Assembly (NCBI GenBank): GCA_963847625.1
Contig: CAWKAR010000052.1
Span: 44,392 to 108,391 of the forward strand
Source: a candidate division FCPU426 bacterium
GTDB lineage: Bacteria; Oederibacteriota; Muellerivitia; Muellerivitales; Muellerivitaceae
Direction: 5' to 3'
Length of the DNA: 64,000 nt
A program made the position numbers and the translations under genes. The notes under the pieces were generated by a model that worked only from the letters and a program-made list of their open reading frames with translations, searched no databases and was not told the origin of the DNA. Positions 59,504-64,000 of this stretch are shown here, piece after piece; position 1 is the first letter of the stretch, and each line of letters begins with the position of its first letter.

Positions 59504-61294
59504 GTGGCGGAAATGCTTGGCGGTTGGAAACGATCTCATACTTGTGGCGACCTGAGAGGGTCGGATATTGGCAAACAAGTCACCCTCATGGGATGGGTGC
59601 ACCACCGCCGGGACCACGGCGGACTAGTGTTCGTGGACCTGCGCGATCGCTATGGCGTGACCCAGATTGTGTTCGACCCCCAATTGGCCGATAAAGTCCA
59701 CAAACAATCCCATTTGATCAGAAATGAATGGGTTCTAGCCGTCAAAGGAAAGGTGACCCATCGGCCCGAGGGCACGGTGAATCCCAAGCTCGTGACGGGT
59801 GAAATCGAAGTCCGTTGTACTGAAGTGAAGGTCTTGAACCCCTCCCTAACTCCCGTGTTTCCCATTGAAGATGACGTGGATGTGTCCGAGGAAATCCGCT
59901 TGGAATACCGCTACTTGGACTTGCGCCGGGGATCCATGAAAAACAATCTTATTTCCCGGCATAAGACAGCTCAGGCCGTCCGGTCCTATATGAACAGCCA
60001 GGGTTTCCTGGAAATCGAGACTCCCATCCTCATCAAGAATACCCCCGAGGGCGCGAGGGAATATGTGGTTCCCAGCCGCGTGTATCCCGGAAAGTTTTAC
60101 GTGCTTCCACAGAGCCCCCAACTGTTCAAGCAGTTATCCATGATCGCGGGACTGGATAAGTACTACCAGATCGCCAGGTGTTTCAGGGATGAGGACCCCC
60201 GGGCGGACCGCCAACCCGAATTCACTCAGGTGGATATCGAAATGTCTTTTATCGACGAGGACGATGTTTACGCCGTGGGCGAGGGCGTCATGAAGGCGGT
60301 TTTCAAGGAAGTTTTGGGAGTGGACCTGAAGACGCCCTTTGAGAGGATCCCATTCGACGAGGCGATGGAAAAATACGGTTCGGACAAGCCGGACATGCGT
60401 TTCGACCTGCCCATGGTCAACGTCGGCGCTGTCGTGGCCAAGTCCCAGTTCAAGGTGTTCAAGGACGTCCTGGACCGGGGCGGCATCGTAAAAGCCATCA
60501 ACGCGAAGGGCTGCGCGGATTTCTCCCGCAAGGACATGGATGATTTGACGGCCTACGTAGGAAAGTACGGCGCCAAGGGAATGGCCTGGTTTAAGGTCAA
60601 GGAAGGTAAGCTGGATTCCAACATCACCAAGTACTTCCAACCCGAAGTCCAGGCGGAATTGATAAAGGTTCTGAAGGGGGAAGAGGGGGATTTGTTCCTC
60701 TTCGGAGCCGATGAGCCTTCCGTCGTGAACGAATCACTCGGCGCCTTGAGGGTGGAGATCGCCCGCCGAAAAGGCTTGATCGAGAAGGGGCCCAAGTGGG
60801 CCTTCCGCTGGATCGTGGACATCCCCATGTTCGGCAAGGACGACAAGGGCCGGATCTTCTCCATGAACCACCCCTTCACATCTCCCAAGGAAGCGGATGT
60901 GGCCTTGCTGGATACGGACCCCATGAAGGCGAAATCCATGGGATATGACCTGGTCTTGAATGGCTTTGAATTGGGCGGCGGGAGCATCCGTATTCACGAC
61001 ACCGAGTTGCAGTCCAAAATCTTCAGATTGTTGGATATTTCCCCCGAAAAAGCTGAGGAACGCTTCGGTTTCCTCCAAAAAGCCTTGAGCTACGGAGCCC
61101 CGCCCCACGGCGGGATGGCTTTCGGACTGGACCGCGTGGTAATGCTCTTGACCGGCGCGCCCAACATCCGGGACGTCATCGCCTTCCCCAAAACCGCCAA
61201 AGCCACGGACCTGATGACCGGGACTCCTTCGACGATCGACGAGGACCTGATGAAGGAATTAAAGATCAAGATCGAGTTGAAAGATTTGTTATAA
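59504..61294 (+). CDS. aspS: aspartyl-tRNA synthetase, probably non-discriminating
   Basis: RSHTCG, RRDHGG, YRYLDLRR, LPQSPQLFKQ, RQPEFTQVD, GAPPHGG. Confidence 0.98.
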   Translation: MAEMLGGWKRSHTCGDLRGSDIGKQVTLMGWVHHRRDHGGLVFVDLRDRYGVTQIVFDPQLADKVHKQSHLIRNEWVLAVKGKVTHRPEGTVNPKLVTGEIEVRCTEVKVLNPSLTPVFPIEDDVDVSEEIRLEYRYLDLRRGSMKNNLISRHKTAQAVRSYMNSQGFLEIETPILIKNTPEGAREYVVPSRVYPGKFYVLPQSPQLFKQLSMIAGLDKYYQIARCFRDEDPRADRQPEFTQVDIEMSFIDEDDVYAVGEGVMKAVFKEVLGVDLKTPFERIPFDEAMEKYGSDKPDMRFDLPMVNVGAVVAKSQFKVFKDVLDRGGIVKAINAKGCADFSRKDMDDLTAYVGKYGAKGMAWFKVKEGKLDSNITKYFQPEVQAELIKVLKGEEGDLFLFGADEPSVVNESLGALRVEIARRKGLIEKGPKWAFRWIVDIPMFGKDDKGRIFSMNHPFTSPKEADVALLDTDPMKAKSMGYDLVLNGFELGGGSIRIHDTELQSKIFRLLDISPEKAEERFGFLQKALSYGAPPHGGMAFGLDRVVMLLTGAPNIRDVIAFPKTAKATDLMTGTPSTIDEDLMKELKIKIELKDLL

Positions 61295-61397
61295 GCCATT
61301 CAACCTATTGTCAATTCATTCTTTCCCGAAGAACTTCTCTTGGGGGTTAAACGTGAATTCTTCCCCTGAAATCGGCCTTGAAGCTGTTTACCTGCAC

Positions 61398-61426
61398 TTG
61401 ACGAACTCAGGGGTTCATTCGATAAT
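61398..61426 (+). promoter_or_regulatory. sigma70-type promoter
   Basis: TTGACG - 17 bp - GATAAT upstream of the LysM gene. Confidence 0.6.
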
Positions 61427-61464
61427 ATGCCATTCGTCGGTAAGCAAAAACGGAGGAATGAAAA

Positions 61465-61956
61465 ATGAGGAATATCCAAACGCTCTTGTTAGTGTTTGTG
61501 TTGACGGGTGTTTTGGCCGTGGGATGCTCGCAAAAAAAGAGGATTGAGGGAACGGAAGTACCAACCCTGCCCCAATCCAACGAGACCGCGGCCCCGCCGG
61601 TTCCACCGGCGGAGAACGCTGCCCCGGCCGTGCCGGAAGCGGCCCCCCCGCCCGTTGCCGCGGAAACTCCCGTGGCGAACCCGCCTACCAAGTATATGGT
61701 AGTGACGGGAGACACCCTGTGGGGAATCGCGGGCATGGATATCGCCTACAAGGATAATTTCCAGTGGCCTCTGATCTTCAAGGCCAACCGCGACCAGATC
61801 AAGGACCCGGATTTGATTTATCCCAAGCAGGAGTTTCTGTTAAAGAAGGATTTCAGCCAGACCGAGATTGATAAGGCCCGTAAGGACGCAAGCGATACGC
61901 CAAAATACGTGCCTCATACCGAGCCTAGGGAAACCCTGCCGGTTGATTATTTCTAA
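61465..61956 (+). CDS. LysM peptidoglycan-binding lipoprotein
   Basis: Lipobox LAVG-C, Pro/Ala linker, YMVVTGDTLWGIA...WPLIFKANRDQIKDPDLIYP. Confidence 0.92.
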   Translation: MRNIQTLLLVFVLTGVLAVGCSQKKRIEGTEVPTLPQSNETAAPPVPPAENAAPAVPEAAPPPVAAETPVANPPTKYMVVTGDTLWGIAGMDIAYKDNFQWPLIFKANRDQIKDPDLIYPKQEFLLKKDFSQTEIDKARKDASDTPKYVPHTEPRETLPVDYF

Positions 61957-61993
61957 TTCGTTTGAGCTGAGTTTCTGAGAGATTTGAAGCAGA

Positions 61994-62034
61994 AAAAACT
62001 CCCTTTCCCCTTGTGGGAAAGGGAGTTTTTATTT
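61994..62034 (+). terminator. intrinsic terminator
   Basis: AAAAACTCCCTTTCCC-loop-GGGAAAGGGAGTTTTTATTT. Confidence 0.88.
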
Positions 62035-62075
62035 ATGGTTCGTTTTTGTGTGAATGGCCTTAAACGAAGAAATGA

Positions 62076-63077
62076 TTGGAGGAATCATTGTCTCAAGCGG
62101 TCAGTCGACGAATAACCCTGGAAGACCAGCAAGAATGCCTCCAGTTACTGGGGGAAAATGACCACACTTTGAAATTATTACGAGATTCCTTCGCCATCAC
62201 AGTGGTGGCTAGGGGCAACGAGGTCATTCTTTCAGGGGAACCCTTGGAGGTTTCCCACGCTATCCAGGTGATTGAAAGGCTCCGAAGCCACTTGAAAAAA
62301 GGGCATGAGGGTTATGTTTCCAGCGGGGCCGTCCGCAAGCTTATTGAGGAAACAAAGGGCAACAGTTCGGAACGGGTGGGGGAAGCAGTTCCAATGGAGT
62401 CCATCCTGATTTCCTCCCGGAAAAAACCTATTTTCCCGAGATCGGATAACCAGCAAAAGTACGTGGACGCCATCAAAACCCACGATATCGTCATGGGGAT
62501 CGGGCCGGCCGGAACGGGTAAAACCTACCTGGCCATGGCCATGGCCGTCGCCGCGTTGCGCAACGGGGACGTGGAAAGGCTGATTTTAACCCGCCCTGCG
62601 GTGGAGGCTGGTGAAAAGCTTGGTTTCCTGCCGGGGGACTTACAGGAGAAGGTCGATCCCTATCTTCGCCCGTTGTATGACGCTCTCTATGACATGGTGG
62701 AATACGAGAAACTGCAGAGACTTTTCCAGCAAAGGTTGGTGGAAGTGGCTCCCCTGGCCTATATGCGCGGCCGGACTCTTTCCAACGCCTTCATCATCCT
62801 GGACGAGGGCCAAAACACCAGTCCGGAACAGATGAAAATGTTTCTAACGCGCATGGGGACGGGTTCCAAGGTGGTGGTGACGGGGGATGTGACCCAAATC
62901 GACTTGCCCACTGGAAAGGTTTCGGGGCTGATCGAGGTGCGGAGGATCCTTTCCAAGGTGGAAGGGATCAAATTCGTGATATTCGACTCGACGGACGTGG
63001 TAAGGCACCGCCTGGTCCAGAATATCCTGGAGGCTTACAAGGCCGAGGAGGGGGATGAAAAGAGAAAACCCCAATGA
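62076..63077 (+). CDS. phoH: PhoH-family ATPase (YbeZ)
   Basis: GPAGTGKTYLA, RPAVEAGEKLGFLPG, YMRGRTL, DEGQN, VVRH. Confidence 0.95.
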   Translation: MEESLSQAVSRRITLEDQQECLQLLGENDHTLKLLRDSFAITVVARGNEVILSGEPLEVSHAIQVIERLRSHLKKGHEGYVSSGAVRKLIEETKGNSSERVGEAVPMESILISSRKKPIFPRSDNQQKYVDAIKTHDIVMGIGPAGTGKTYLAMAMAVAALRNGDVERLILTRPAVEAGEKLGFLPGDLQEKVDPYLRPLYDALYDMVEYEKLQRLFQQRLVEVAPLAYMRGRTLSNAFIILDEGQNTSPEQMKMFLTRMGTGSKVVVTGDVTQIDLPTGKVSGLIEVRRILSKVEGIKFVIFDSTDVVRHRLVQNILEAYKAEEGDEKRKPQ

Positions 63078-63529
63078 GAATATTAGTGCGATTCCCCGGA
63101 AAAGGGCGAACCGTTCCCGTGGCTTGGTTGAAAAGGCTCGCTTCCCTCGTGTTGGTTCTGGTCAAGGGAAGGGAATTCGAAAAAAAATCAGAACTTTCCA
63201 TCGTCCTCACGGGTGATTCTGAAATCAGGAAATTAAACCGGGTCTACCGCAAAAAAGACCGCACCACGGACGTGCTGGCCTTTTCTTTATTAGAAGGGAA
63301 GAGGCTGAAAACCGGGAATAAAGCCGTCCTACCGCTGGGGGATGTCGTTATCAGCGTTTCCCAGGCTAAGCGGCAGGCGGCTGAGCGCGGGATGGCTTTC
63401 AGGCAGGAACTATCGCTTCTTCTCGCTCATGGAATACTCCACCTTTTGGGATATGATCATGCTACGCCCCGGCAAAAAAGCGGGATGTTCAGATTTCAGG
63501 ATCGGATTCTGAAGAAATTCAAGCGGTGA
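63074..63529 (+). CDS. ybeY: rRNA maturation RNase YbeY
   Basis: LNRVYRKKDRTTDVLAF, LGDVVIS, HGILHLLGYDH. Confidence 0.95.
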   Translation: MRILVRFPGKGRTVPVAWLKRLASLVLVLVKGREFEKKSELSIVLTGDSEIRKLNRVYRKKDRTTDVLAFSLLEGKRLKTGNKAVLPLGDVVISVSQAKRQAAERGMAFRQELSLLLAHGILHLLGYDHATPRQKSGMFRFQDRILKKFKR

Positions 63530-63978
63530 ATGAACTTATGGAAAACTACCTTTTTTCTCATCTCGTCATCCTGACAGCGCTGGTCCTTGTTTCCGTATTC
63601 TTTTCCGCGGTGGAAACAGGGCTCTTGTCCTTTCCCAAGCCCATGCTGGACAGCAAGTCCCGACAAACCGGCATCCTCGGGCGGGCCTTCAAGGAATGGC
63701 AGGACCATCCCAACCGGATTCTTACCTCCATCCTCATCGGAAACAATGCGGTCAACATCGCCGCGACGACCCTATCCGCCTACACCGCCGTCCACGTGGC
63801 GGAGGTCCTCAACTGGAACCGAACGGCGGTGGGAACTGTGGCTTTCATCGCGGTGACCTTCATCCTGATCGTCTTCGGCAAGGTCATTCCCAAGGTGGCG
63901 GCGAGGGCCAACTCGATATGGACGGCCACCTGGCTGGTGGTGCCCATTTACCTCTTTGACAGGATCAGCAATACGTAG
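63526..63978 (+). pseudogene. truncated CNNM/CorC-HlyC (DUF21) membrane protein
   Basis: FFSAVETG, ILIGNNAVNI, FGKVIPK; stop after 150 aa, before any CBS domains; close to the window edge. Confidence 0.6.
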
Positions 63979-64000
63979 CGAAACCAGTACAGGACATAAA

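Overview
Bacterial chromosomal window of moderate, patchy GC, almost entirely + strand, from a diderm lineage (O-antigen ligase, LpoA-like lipoprotein) that I cannot assign taxonomically. In order: (1) tRNA-Thr-tuf-rpmG-tRNA-Trp-secE-nusG-rplKA-rplJL, with L1 and L10 leader RNAs, ending at a terminator without rpoBC. (2) tmk-holB-[low-GC orphan]-metG-[palindromic element]-tatD. (3) A ~600 bp non-coding, strand-skewed two-family tandem repeat array between convergent tatD and dapL. (4) trpD-C-F-[TPR]-B-A-accD-folC. (5) An O-antigen ligase, an orphan MsmX/MalK ATPase and a ~25 kb mosaic surface-polysaccharide cluster with two flippases, about 10 glycosyltransferases, a chimeric pseudogene, a FYVE-like Zn-finger membrane protein and WcaJ. 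(6) A GH-A hydrolase, a TPR protein, a GT2 + BshC-like gene pair, dut, GH5, a TPR-LppC lipoprotein with an inserted domain, hisS, aspS, a LysM lipoprotein, phoH-ybeY and a truncated CNNM gene. Best candidates for undescribed biology: the repeat array, the GT2/BshC-like pair, the split LppC lipoprotein and the Zn-finger protein. All calls come from reading motifs by eye; no searches were run.
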